The notes beneath the pieces are model-generated. The model did not search any database and was not told the DNA's origin. It saw only the letters and a list, made by a program, of their open reading frames with translations. 48,471 nt of DNA from a virus, in IMG/VR virus record IMGVR_UViG_3300026302_000106, positions 1-48,471 of that record, one strand, 5' to 3'. Shown one piece after another: positions 35,685 through 44,709 of the stretch (position 1 is its first letter; every line of letters begins with the position of its first letter). Made by a program: the position numbers and the translations under genes.

Positions 35685-36061
35685 TGTCGCAGCAGCAGCC
35701 GATCGCCTTCGAAACGGTCATCGGGCCGGACGGCACCGCGGTGGCCAGCAACGGCCAGCTGCGCGTGATCGTGCCCGGCGGCTCCGGCGGGCGGCTGTTC
35801 CGCCGCCGCGGCCTGCGCGGCCTGGCCATGAAGACTGCGGCCGAGCAGCTGGTGCCGCAGCTCAACGCACTGGCCGGCGAGCTGCTGCAGCACCCAGGCA
35901 TGCCGGCGCAAGAAGCCGTTGGGCGGCTGCTCGCCCTGGCCGGCACCGTGCACGTGGACGAGCCGCAGCGCGTGGAGTGGGTCGTCGCCGAGCTGAACGG
36001 CGTGCGCGTCTACGCCGACGGCGTGAGCGTGATCGTCACGACGCAGGACTTGACGCCATGA
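35684..36061 (+). CDS. Hypothetical protein
   Basis: TGATG/ATGA coupling to neighbours. Confidence 0.6.
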   Translation: MSQQQPIAFETVIGPDGTAVASNGQLRVIVPGGSGGRLFRRRGLRGLAMKTAAEQLVPQLNALAGELLQHPGMPAQEAVGRLLALAGTVHVDEPQRVEWVVAELNGVRVYADGVSVIVTTQDLTP

Positions 36062-36543
36062 CGCCGAAGCAGCAGTCCGCGCTCGAAGCGCTGGCCGGCC
36101 GCACGCTCAGCGTGGTCGAGGTCGAGCAGATCGATGCTGCGCTGGCCGCAGGTGACCTGGCCGCCGTGGCCACGTTGCTGTCGGTCGACCGCAAGCGCCT
36201 TGCACCGCGGATCCTCAGCGCCCGCGGCCTCGCCGAGCAGGTACCGGGCGGGCCCATTGCCGCCGAGATCATCCTGATGAAGCTCGAAGGCGCCCGCGAC
36301 AAGATGCTCGAGAGCAGCGACCCGCAGCAGCGCGTGATGGGGTCGCTGCTGCGCCGACAGCTGGGCTTTCTTGCCGGCGATGGCCTGGACTTCGGGTCAC
36401 CCCAGTTGCGCGGCATGCTCGATCAGTTCGCGGCGCTGGGCATCCTGGACCAGTCCGAGGTTGACGGGTTGCAACGCATTGCGCTTGTCGATGACCCGAT
36501 CACCTGGCGGCAGGTGGCCGACGCGGTGCAGGGAGTCGAATGA
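36058..36543 (+). CDS. Hypothetical protein (possible fibre assembly factor)
   Basis: ATGA-coupled, helical, GLDFGSPQLRGMLD motif. Confidence 0.6.
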   Translation: MTPKQQSALEALAGRTLSVVEVEQIDAALAAGDLAAVATLLSVDRKRLAPRILSARGLAEQVPGGPIAAEIILMKLEGARDKMLESSDPQQRVMGSLLRRQLGFLAGDGLDFGSPQLRGMLDQFAALGILDQSEVDGLQRIALVDDPITWRQVADAVQGVE

Positions 36544-36929
36544 TGCTCGGCCACACCTATCGGTACCAGGTCTACAACAGCACCGGCGTTAGCGTCACGG
36601 TGGTCGTGAAGAGCCGCCGCTGGAAGTTTGCTTCCGACGGCTCGCGCACCGATGACAGCGAAAGCACGCCGATCGCGTCGGTCAGCGTCGCCGCCGGTGC
36701 TTACAGCAACGGCAGCACGATCGACAACAGCGCGGACAAGTACCTCGGCGCGCACCTCGTCGCCTCATTCACGCCATCGGCTTCTGCCACTGGATTGGTT
36801 CGAGTGGTGCGGCAGATGTCGACCGACGGTGGCACGACCTGGCCGAGCAACGGCAACGGCGAGCACATTTGCGCGGTGAGCTTCGCCGCATCAAGTACGG
36901 CGCAGATCGCCCAAGGCGAGGCTGGCTGA
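36540..36929 (+). CDS. Hypothetical beta-rich structural protein
   Basis: 129 aa, Ser/Thr-rich, STDGGTTW motif; coupled to neighbours. Confidence 0.55.
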   Translation: MMLGHTYRYQVYNSTGVSVTVVVKSRRWKFASDGSRTDDSESTPIASVSVAAGAYSNGSTIDNSADKYLGAHLVASFTPSASATGLVRVVRQMSTDGGTTWPSNGNGEHICAVSFAASSTAQIAQGEAG

Positions 36930-38576
36930 ATGTCGCTGATCCCGCTTGTCCGGCCGTGGCGGCGGCAGCCGCTGCCGTCGGCCGGCGTCGGCCGCAGTCC
37001 GCTGGTCGAAGGCCTTGCGCTGCTGTTCAACGCTGCCGGCAGCCACGAGGTGTTTCGTGGGCTGGGCCCGACCACGCTGAACTCGATCGCCTCGCCCGAT
37101 GGCACTGCCTACGCCACCGCTGGCAACTCCGCCGGCTGGCAACTGTCGTCGGGCCCGCTGCCGAACGGCTCTGATGAGCTGTCGATCATCGTGTGGGGCT
37201 ACAACGGCGAGAACGTCAACGTCAGCGCCGAGACCACGCTACTGACGGCGGGCGCTGCAGGATCTGGCGCGGCAAGTGGGCTGCAGGTAGCGACGTATGC
37301 AGGCGGTGCTCCGCGGGCGTTCGTCTACTACTACCCGAACTACAACGGCAGTGCGTTGGTCAACAGCCCAGCGCCGCTTTCGCCCAACAGCCCGCATGTC
37401 GTCGGGATGCGGTTCGTGCGCAACTCCATGCTCGAACTTTGGGTTGATGGCGACATGGTTGCCTCCACGGCTGCCTCGAACTTCGCGGCCGGCTTGCGCG
37501 CCACTGGCTCTGGGATCAACGTCTCGGTGGGCTCGCAGGCGCGCTCGCTCGCAATCGCCGGCGGCGCGATGTGGCTGCGCGACATCGGCCCTGACGCTAT
37601 GCGCTTGCTCACTGCAAGCCCGCAAGCACCATGGCAGCTCTTTGACAACCAGCGCATCTGGGCACCTGCTTCAGCGGGCGCGGGCGCATCGACGATCACA
37701 CTGTCCGCAAGCCTCGGCGCGGTGGTGCAGCGCGCACTTTCCGCGAGCGCAGGCAGCTCGGCCGCGGTGCAGGCCGCCGGCGCGTCGACCAGCAGCGTTG
37801 GCCTTGCCGTGCAGGCCGCGCGCAGCGGCCAGGCGCAGCTGGAAGCGGCGGTGCAGGCCGCCGGCGTCGCGGTCAGCAGCTTGCAAGCTGCCGTGCAGGT
37901 CAGCGGGCAGCAGTCGGCGTCGCTCGACGCGGCCCTGCAGCTCGCGCGCAGCGCCGCGGCCGCGCTCGACCTGGCCGTGCAGGCGCAGGGCGCGCAGACC
38001 GCTTCGCTGTCGGCGCAGGTGCAGGCCGATCAAAGCGTGGCCACCGGGCTGAGCACGTACGTGCAGGCCGGCATCAGCGCGCAGGTGGCGCTGAGCGCGG
38101 CGGTGCTGCACCAGGCGCTGGCGGCGGCGGGCATCGACACGGCCGTGCAGCTGCCTGGGCAGACCGCCATCACGGGCGTGGGCGCGGCGCTGCAGCAAGC
38201 CGGCGCGGCGGCGGCGGCGATCGAGCTGGCCGTGTCGCAGGCGCGCAGCGCGGGCGCGGCGCTCGACGTGCAGGTGCAAGGTGGGTCGATGGCCTTCGGT
38301 GCTGTGGACGCCGCGCTGCAGGCGCTGGCCACCGCCAGCGCCGGCATCACCACGGCCGTGGCCGAGGTGGGCTCGGCGCAGGCGTCGCTCAATGCCGCGG
38401 TGGCGATGCGCGCTTCGGTGCAAGCCGCGCTGCAGGCCGCGACGCAGGACATGCGCCAGCTGTGGGCGGCGCTGTCGCTGTACATCGCCGATGGCCTGGT
38501 GGTCATCGTGGCCGCGCCGCTGCGCCTGCGCTTCAGCTTCGCGGCACGGCACATCACCTTCAAGTGGTCGGCATGA
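36930..38576 (+). CDS. LamG/concanavalin-like domain + 14-aa repeat fibre protein
   Basis: LSIIVW...HVVGMRF...LELWVDG lectin-like pattern, then about 19 tandem 14-aa repeats (e.g. ASLDAALQLARSAA). Confidence 0.65.
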   Translation: MSLIPLVRPWRRQPLPSAGVGRSPLVEGLALLFNAAGSHEVFRGLGPTTLNSIASPDGTAYATAGNSAGWQLSSGPLPNGSDELSIIVWGYNGENVNVSAETTLLTAGAAGSGAASGLQVATYAGGAPRAFVYYYPNYNGSALVNSPAPLSPNSPHVVGMRFVRNSMLELWVDGDMVASTAASNFAAGLRATGSGINVSVGSQARSLAIAGGAMWLRDIGPDAMRLLTASPQAPWQLFDNQRIWAPASAGAGASTITLSASLGAVVQRALSASAGSSAAVQAAGASTSSVGLAVQAARSGQAQLEAAVQAAGVAVSSLQAAVQVSGQQSASLDAALQLARSAAAALDLAVQAQGAQTASLSAQVQADQSVATGLSTYVQAGISAQVALSAAVLHQALAAAGIDTAVQLPGQTAITGVGAALQQAGAAAAAIELAVSQARSAGAALDVQVQGGSMAFGAVDAALQALATASAGITTAVAEVGSAQASLNAAVAMRASVQAALQAATQDMRQLWAALSLYIADGLVVIVAAPLRLRFSFAARHITFKWSA

Positions 38577-38887
38577 GAGTGGTGGCCGAACAATCGACCG
38601 CAGTGCTGTCGGCAACGTTCACCGATCGGTACCGCGCGCCGGCGGCGCCGGCATCGGTGAAGTACCGCATCGACTGCCAGACCACCGGCGTAGAGGTGCG
38701 CGGCTGGACCGACCTGGCTGCCGCCGAGGCGGTCGACATCGTGCTGACCCCGGCGGACACCGCGCTGATCGATCAAGCCCACGAGAGCGAGCGCCGCCTG
38801 GTGACCGTGGTGGCGACCTACGGCGCTAACGACCAGGTGCAGGACGCCTGCGACTACTACATCCGAAACCTCGAACACGCGAGCTGA
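38573..38887 (+). CDS. Hypothetical Ig-like/adaptor structural protein
   Basis: ATGA-coupled, 104 aa beta-rich. Confidence 0.5.
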   Translation: MRVVAEQSTAVLSATFTDRYRAPAAPASVKYRIDCQTTGVEVRGWTDLAAAEAVDIVLTPADTALIDQAHESERRLVTVVATYGANDQVQDACDYYIRNLEHAS

Positions 38888-38895
38888 GCCCTCCC

Positions 38896-39249
38896 ATGAA
38901 CATCGTGCAGGTCGAACTCTGGCAGCTGGTGCTGCTGCTCATCACCTTCCTGGGCGCCGCCGCTGGCACGGGCAAGCTGCTGCTGTCGCAGACGCAGACG
39001 CACATCGAGGGCCAGATCGGCGCGCTGGCCGAGCGGCTGGGCTCGATCGAGGAAGCCAACCTGCGCGAGGTCGGGCAGTGGCAGCGCGTGGAGAGGGAGT
39101 TGATGAAGCTGCAAGCCGACCTGCCGCTGCACTACGTGCGCCGCGAGGACTACATCCGCGGGCAGAGCGTCATCGAGGCCAAGCTCGACAGCCTGGCACT
39201 GCGGATCGAGAACATGCAGCTGCGCGGAGGCAAGCATGACGCAGATTGA
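38896..39249 (+). CDS. Mu gp25-like membrane-anchored coiled-coil protein
   Basis: N-terminal TM, LPLHYVRREDYIR motif, position before the gp26-like gene and small terminase. Confidence 0.6.
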   Translation: MNIVQVELWQLVLLLITFLGAAAGTGKLLLSQTQTHIEGQIGALAERLGSIEEANLREVGQWQRVERELMKLQADLPLHYVRREDYIRGQSVIEAKLDSLALRIENMQLRGGKHDAD

Positions 39250-39547
39250 CCAGGCTCGAATCCGGCGCGAGGCACTGCGCTGGCTGATCCTGTTGACGCT
39301 GAACACCGCGCGCCCGCTGGGCGCGTACGAAGGCCCGGTGCTGGCCGTGGCGCAGAGCGAGTACCCGGACGCCACGGCGCACGAGCTGCGGCGCGAGCTG
39401 GACTACCTGGTCGGCCGTCACCTGGTGCTGGTGACCAAGGAGCCGAGCGGCCGCTGGTTCTGCGAGCTGACGCGGCACGGCACGGACGTGGCCGAGTACA
39501 CCGTCGACGTCGAGCCCGGCATCGCGCGGCCGGCGAAGTACTGGTGA
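39236..39547 (+). CDS. Mu gp26-like winged-helix protein
   Basis: RWLILLTL...ELRRELDYL...LTRHGTDVAE...PGIARP signature. Confidence 0.75.
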   Translation: MTQIDQARIRREALRWLILLTLNTARPLGAYEGPVLAVAQSEYPDATAHELRRELDYLVGRHLVLVTKEPSGRWFCELTRHGTDVAEYTVDVEPGIARPAKYW

Positions 39548-39551
39548 GACG

Positions 39552-40124
39552 ATGTCGCGCAAGAGCAGCGTCAGCCGGCTGCCGGCGGAGATCAAGAGCT
39601 ACATCGAGGCCATGCTCGCCACCGGCGCGCAGACGCTCGACGAGCTGATCGCCGACCTGCAGCAGCGCTACCCCGCCGAGGCCAGCGCCGGCAAGCTGCC
39701 GAGCCGCAGCGCCATCGGCCGCTACGGGCAGAAGCTGGATCGGCGGTTGGCGGCCATCAAGGCCAGCACCGACGCGGCCCGCCTCATCCACGAGCAGGTG
39801 GGTGATGAGTACGCGTCGCTGAGCGGCGCGGTGATGAAGCTGGTGCAGACCGAGATGTTCGAAGCCATCGTCACCTTGCAAGAGGCCGACGATCCCGACA
39901 CCGACCCCGGCGAGCGCCTCACGCTGCTGAGCAAGGCCGCGAAGAACATCGCCACGCTGGCGCGCAGCGACGTGCACCTGAAGAAGTTCCAGGCCGAGGT
40001 GGAAGAGCGCGTGCGCACGCGTCTCCTCGAAGAGCAGAAGGCCAAGCTGGACCTGGTGGCCAAGGCCGAAGGCGTGACGCCGGCGACGCAGGCGGCCATT
40101 CGGCAGGCGCTGGGGATCGAATGA
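39552..40124 (+). CDS. Terminase small subunit (Mu gp27/DUF3486)
   Basis: MSRKSSVSRLPAEI...SRSAIGRY signature. Confidence 0.85.
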   Translation: MSRKSSVSRLPAEIKSYIEAMLATGAQTLDELIADLQQRYPAEASAGKLPSRSAIGRYGQKLDRRLAAIKASTDAARLIHEQVGDEYASLSGAVMKLVQTEMFEAIVTLQEADDPDTDPGERLTLLSKAAKNIATLARSDVHLKKFQAEVEERVRTRLLEEQKAKLDLVAKAEGVTPATQAAIRQALGIE

Positions 40125-41542
40125 AGCGCCGCGGCAACGCCAAGGTGATCCCGGCCAACCCGGAGGCCATCTTCCTGCCCTACCAGTCGCGGTGGATCAA
40201 GGACAAGAGCCGGCTCAAGCTGATGGAGAAGAGCCGGCAGGTCGGCCTGTCGTGGTGCACGGCCTACGACGTGATCGAGGACGTGTCCGCGCAAGGCCGC
40301 CGTTACGACGAGTGGGTGAGCAGCCGCGACGACATCCAGGCCCGGCTGTTCCTCGAGGACGCCAAGCTGTGGGCAGGCGTATCCAACCTGGCCGCGCAAG
40401 ACCTCGGCGAGCAGGTGCTCGATCTCGGCAACGGCGAGAAGGCAACGGCCTACGTGCTGACGTTCGCCAACGGCCGGCGCCTGCACAGCATGTCGAGCAA
40501 CGCCGACGCCCAGGCCGGCAAGCGCGGCGGCCGCACGCTCGACGAGTTCGCGTTGCACAAGGACCAGCGCAAGCTGTGGGCCATCGCCTACCCCGGCATC
40601 ACCTGGGGCGGCAGCCTGCGCGTCGTCAGCACCCATCGCGGCAGCAACAGCTTCTTCAACGCCCTGGTGCGCGAGATCCGCGAGAAGGGCAACCCGAAGA
40701 AGATCAGCCTGCACCGCGTGACGCTGCAGGACGCGCTGGACCAGGGCTTCCTGTTCAAGCTGCAGCAGGCGCTGCCGGCCGACGACCAGCAGCAGGCCAT
40801 GGACGAGGCGCAGTACTTCGACTTCGTGAAGGCCGGCACGGCCGACGCGGAGAGCTTCGATCAGGAGTACATGTGCATCGCCTCGGACGACGATTCGAAA
40901 TTCATCGAGTACGAGCTGATCACGGCCTGCGAGTACCTGGCCACCGAGCCGTGGCAACGCGCGCTGGACGAGCCGGTGCAAGGCCAGCTGTATGCCGGGG
41001 TGGACATCGGCCGCAAGAAAGACCTCACGGTGCTGTGGATCGTCGAGCGGCTGGGCGACGTGTTCTACACGCGGCACGTCGAGTCGATGGCGCGCATGCG
41101 CAAGAGCGCGCAGGAGGCCATCATGTGGCCGTGGTTCGAGCGCTGCGAGCGCATCTGCATCGACGCCTCGGGCCTGGGCATCGGCTGGGCCGATGACGCG
41201 CAGGACCGCTTCGGCGAACACCGCGTGGAGGCGGTGACCTTCACGCCGCAGGTCAAGGAGGCGCTGGCCTATCCGCTGCGTGGCGCGATGGAAGACCGCA
41301 AGCTGCGCATCCCCGATGACCCGGTGATCCGCGCCGACCTGCGCAAGGTGCAGAAACAGGTGACGGCCGCCGGCAACGTGCGCTTCGTCGCCGAGAGCAC
41401 GCCCGACGGCCACGCCGACCGCTTTTGGGCGCTGGCGCTGGCGCTGCATGCGGGGTCGGTGCCGTTCTCGCCGATCGAATTCCAGTCGGCCGGCAGTGTG
41501 GGCGCTGCACCGCGAGACCTGTCGGGCTTCCTCTATGGCTGA
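40121..41542 (+). CDS. Terminase large subunit (Mu gp28-like)
   Basis: LPYQ, EKSRQVGLS, LDEFA, GVDIGR, IDASGLG, HADRFWA motifs. Confidence 0.93.
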   Translation: MKRRGNAKVIPANPEAIFLPYQSRWIKDKSRLKLMEKSRQVGLSWCTAYDVIEDVSAQGRRYDEWVSSRDDIQARLFLEDAKLWAGVSNLAAQDLGEQVLDLGNGEKATAYVLTFANGRRLHSMSSNADAQAGKRGGRTLDEFALHKDQRKLWAIAYPGITWGGSLRVVSTHRGSNSFFNALVREIREKGNPKKISLHRVTLQDALDQGFLFKLQQALPADDQQQAMDEAQYFDFVKAGTADAESFDQEYMCIASDDDSKFIEYELITACEYLATEPWQRALDEPVQGQLYAGVDIGRKKDLTVLWIVERLGDVFYTRHVESMARMRKSAQEAIMWPWFERCERICIDASGLGIGWADDAQDRFGEHRVEAVTFTPQVKEALAYPLRGAMEDRKLRIPDDPVIRADLRKVQKQVTAAGNVRFVAESTPDGHADRFWALALALHAGSVPFSPIEFQSAGSVGAAPRDLSGFLYG

Positions 41543-43118
41543 AACCACCAAGACCCGCCGCGCCGCCAAGGCGCCTGCCGCGCTGCCCGAGCCGCAGCTC
41601 GACACCGAGATTGCATCGCGGCTGCTCGACCCGTTCGAGACGCTGTACATGGGTCTCGTGCGCACCAACGATCCGCTGCTGCTCGAGAAGGGCAGCGCGG
41701 CCAGCGGGGCCGACCTGTACCGCGACCTTAAGCGCGACGGCAAGGTGTTCAGCGCGCTGCAGAAGCGTGTGCTGGCGCTGGTGGGCCGACCCTACCAGGT
41801 GGTGCCGGTGCAGGACGGCGGGCGCGGCAAAGCCGACGCCGAGGTGCTGCAGGACATCCTCAAGCGCAGCGGCTTCGACAAGCTGTGCAGCGAGCTGCTC
41901 GAAGCGCTGCTGACCGGCGCGGCGATCAACGAGATCGTGATGACGATCCGCGACGGGCGCTACGAAGTGGCCCGCGCGCCGCAGCGCGCGCTGCGCCGCT
42001 TTGCGTTCGTGCAGCCGGATGACGGCGGCCCGCCGGAGCTGCGCATGCTCACGCGCGCCAACCTGCTGACCGGCGAGCCGCTGCCGCCGCGCGCGTTCGT
42101 CGTCCACCGCGTCAACCCGCAGGACGACAACCCCTGGGGCCTCGGCCTGGGCCTGCAGCTCTACTGGGCCGTGTTCTTCAAGCGCAAGGCCATGATCAGC
42201 TGGAACAAGCTGAACGACCGCGCCGGCGTGCCAGTGCCGTGGGGCAAATACCCGCGCGGGGCCGGGCCGAAAGAGAAGGGCACGCTGTTCGATGCCCTGA
42301 AAGCACTCAGCAACGACGGCGTGATCATGACGCCCGAGGGCACGATGATCGAGCTGCTGGAGAGCAAGCTCGCGTCGGGCTCGATCACCTCGCAGCAGGC
42401 GCTGTGCGAGTACTGCGACGACTGGATCGACGCGGTGCTGCTGGGCCAGGAAGCACGCAGCAAGAGCGGCGGGGCGCTGGCCAGCGCGAGCAAAGAGCGC
42501 AGTTCGGTCAGGCTCGACCTGGTGCAGGCCGACAGCAACCTGCTGAGCGAGACGCTCAACGCCACCCTCATCCAGTGGCTGTGCGAGCTGAACGGCTTGG
42601 TGCCCTGCACGGTCGAGCGCGTCATCAAGGAGGAGGAGGACCTCAAGATGTCCGCCGACACCGACAAGGTGGTCAGCGACATGGGCTTCGAGCTGGACGA
42701 AGAGACCGTGCATGCGCGGTACGGCGAGGGCTGGCGCAAGAAGGCGGCAGCGCCAGCGGCACCACCGCTTGCGCCTGGTGCTGGCGCCGGCGATGCACCG
42801 CCGGGCGCGGCGGCTGAGCCGAAGCCTGGCGCGGTGCAGTTCGCCGAGGCCGCGCAGCGCGATGGCCAGGCCGCGATCGACGCCGCGATCGACGCGGTCG
42901 ACGACGCCGAGCTGCAGGCCGCGATGCGTGGCCTGCTGGACCCACTGATGGCCGCGATCGACGCGGCCGACACCTACGAGGACGCCCTGGCCGCCGCCGA
43001 GGCGGCCTACCCGCGCATGGACAAGGCGCGGCTGCAGTCGCTGTTGGCGCGCGCGATGTTCGGTGCCGAGACCTTCGGCCGGACCGAGCGTGACGACGCG
43101 AAACCTTCGCCGGCGTGA
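41535..43118 (+). CDS. Portal protein (Mu gp29/DUF935)
   Basis: NPWGLGL, PWGKYP, AVLLGQ motifs; follows the terminase. Confidence 0.9.
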   Translation: MAETTKTRRAAKAPAALPEPQLDTEIASRLLDPFETLYMGLVRTNDPLLLEKGSAASGADLYRDLKRDGKVFSALQKRVLALVGRPYQVVPVQDGGRGKADAEVLQDILKRSGFDKLCSELLEALLTGAAINEIVMTIRDGRYEVARAPQRALRRFAFVQPDDGGPPELRMLTRANLLTGEPLPPRAFVVHRVNPQDDNPWGLGLGLQLYWAVFFKRKAMISWNKLNDRAGVPVPWGKYPRGAGPKEKGTLFDALKALSNDGVIMTPEGTMIELLESKLASGSITSQQALCEYCDDWIDAVLLGQEARSKSGGALASASKERSSVRLDLVQADSNLLSETLNATLIQWLCELNGLVPCTVERVIKEEEDLKMSADTDKVVSDMGFELDEETVHARYGEGWRKKAAAPAAPPLAPGAGAGDAPPGAAAEPKPGAVQFAEAAQRDGQAAIDAAIDAVDDAELQAAMRGLLDPLMAAIDAADTYEDALAAAEAAYPRMDKARLQSLLARAMFGAETFGRTERDDAKPSPA

Positions 43119-43143
43119 GCCGGCTGCGAACGGAGATCGACCC

Positions 43144-43410
43144 ATGATTCCAACGATCGGCCGCGACGTGATCCTGCACGGCCACCATGCGAACGGCTCG
43201 CTCAACCACCCGGCCAAGATCACCCGCGTGTGGAGCGCCAACACCGACACCGCCAACGGCCCGGTGTGCGTCAACCTGATCGTCTTCGGCGACAACGAGG
43301 TGCCGCATGTGCGCACGTCGGTGATGCTCTACGAGAGCCGCGACGAGGCGTTCGCCGCCTGCGCCGGCGTGATGGGCGGCTGCGCGGCGCACTGGCCCGT
43401 GCGGGCCTGA
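43144..43410 (+). CDS. Hypothetical phage protein
   Basis: GGAG RBS; PTIGRDV...PAKITRVW...VNLIVF. Confidence 0.6.
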   Translation: MIPTIGRDVILHGHHANGSLNHPAKITRVWSANTDTANGPVCVNLIVFGDNEVPHVRTSVMLYESRDEAFAACAGVMGGCAAHWPVRA

Positions 43411-43605
43411 CGCCGGATGAACTTCGGGCCTGCGTTGACGTTCCGGTGCTCGGCGCCGGTCGGACGCACGCCCAGCAAAAAAGACAGGGCGACGGCCACG
43501 GGTGCGCGAACACCCGCAGTCGACGCCTCCTCCGTGTTATGCGCACGGGATCGGCCGAAGACCCTGCCACCTGTACAGGCCGGGTCAGTGTATCGGAGCC
43601 CCCTC

Positions 43606-44394
43606 GTGCAAGGACCCATCATTCCGTGGATCGGCGGCAAGCGGCGCCTGGCTGACTTGCTGATCCCGCGCTTCCCGCAACACCACTGCTACGTCGAGCT
43701 GTTCGCCGGCGGCGCCGCGCTCTACTTCCTGCGGCCGCCGGCGCCGGTGGAGGTGATCAACGACGTCAACGGCGACCTGGTCAACCTGTACCGCGTCGTC
43801 AAGCACCACCTCGAAGAATTCGTCAGGCAGTTCAAGTGGGCCTTGTCGAGCCGCGAGCTGTTCCGCTGGCTGCAAGACACGCCGCCCGACACGCTGACTG
43901 ATGTGCAGCGCGCGGCGCGCTTCTACTACCTGCAGCACCAGTGCTTCGGCGGCAAGGTCGCAGGCCAGACCTGGGGCACCGCGACCACCGCGCCGCCGGT
44001 GAACCTGCTGCGCATCGAAGAGCAGCTGAGCGCCGCCCACCTGCGCCTGCAGGCGACCTACATCGAGCGCATGCACTGGCTCGAATGCCTGCAGCGGTAC
44101 GACCGCGAGCACACCTTCTTCTATCTCGATCCGCCGTACTGGCAGACCGAGGGTTATGGCGTCGGGTTCGGCTTCGACAACTACGAGGCCATGGCCACCG
44201 CGCTGCGCACGCTGAAGGGCAAAGCGCTGGTGAGCATCAACGACCACCCCGACATCCGGCGCGTCTTCGACGGCTTCCACATGGAGAGCCTGGACATCAG
44301 CTACACGGTAGGCGGCGGCGACAAGGCCGCGGCGCGCAAGGAGCTGGTGATCTGGTCGTGGGACCAGGCGGCCGAGCCGGCGGGGCTCTTCTGA
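43606..44394 (+). CDS. DNA adenine methyltransferase (D12/Dam class)
   Basis: PWIGGKRRL, YVELFAGG, EVIND, YLDPPY; GTG start with GGAG RBS. Confidence 0.92.
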   Translation: MQGPIIPWIGGKRRLADLLIPRFPQHHCYVELFAGGAALYFLRPPAPVEVINDVNGDLVNLYRVVKHHLEEFVRQFKWALSSRELFRWLQDTPPDTLTDVQRAARFYYLQHQCFGGKVAGQTWGTATTAPPVNLLRIEEQLSAAHLRLQATYIERMHWLECLQRYDREHTFFYLDPPYWQTEGYGVGFGFDNYEAMATALRTLKGKALVSINDHPDIRRVFDGFHMESLDISYTVGGGDKAAARKELVIWSWDQAAEPAGLF

Positions 44395-44402
44395 GGACCG
44401 AC

Positions 44403-44705
44403 ATGCAAATCTCGATGGATCCCGCGCAACCCGGCGGCGACACGACGATGTTCTGGGTCGTGCAAGCCGTGATCGGCGACGGCTGGCGCTGCCGTGGCGT
44501 CTTCTCGGTGGAGGCGGAGGCCGATGCCCTAGTGGCCAGCCTCAACGAGCGCCCGGAGATCTTTGGCTCGGCCTGCCGCGTGCGCATGAGCTACGAGGTA
44601 CTGGCGGACCAAATCTTCGAGGACCGCCTGGGCCGGCTGGCGCCGCTGCTCAAGCTGATCGAAGGCCTCCAGCAAGCCGTCATCGCCGCAAACGAGCAAG
44701 GCTGA
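44403..44705 (+). CDS. Hypothetical protein
   Basis: GAGGA RBS; fills the gap between the methylase and F. Confidence 0.55.
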   Translation: MQISMDPAQPGGDTTMFWVVQAVIGDGWRCRGVFSVEAEADALVASLNERPEIFGSACRVRMSYEVLADQIFEDRLGRLAPLLKLIEGLQQAVIAANEQG

Positions 44706-44709
44706 GCTG

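Noticed and set aside
37707..38490. Nucleotide tandem repeat or array
   Set aside because: The 42-nt periodicity is degenerate and explained by the 14-aa protein repeat.
39722..43316. Long minus-strand ORFs (673 and 687 aa)
   Set aside because: Shadows of the terminase and portal genes.
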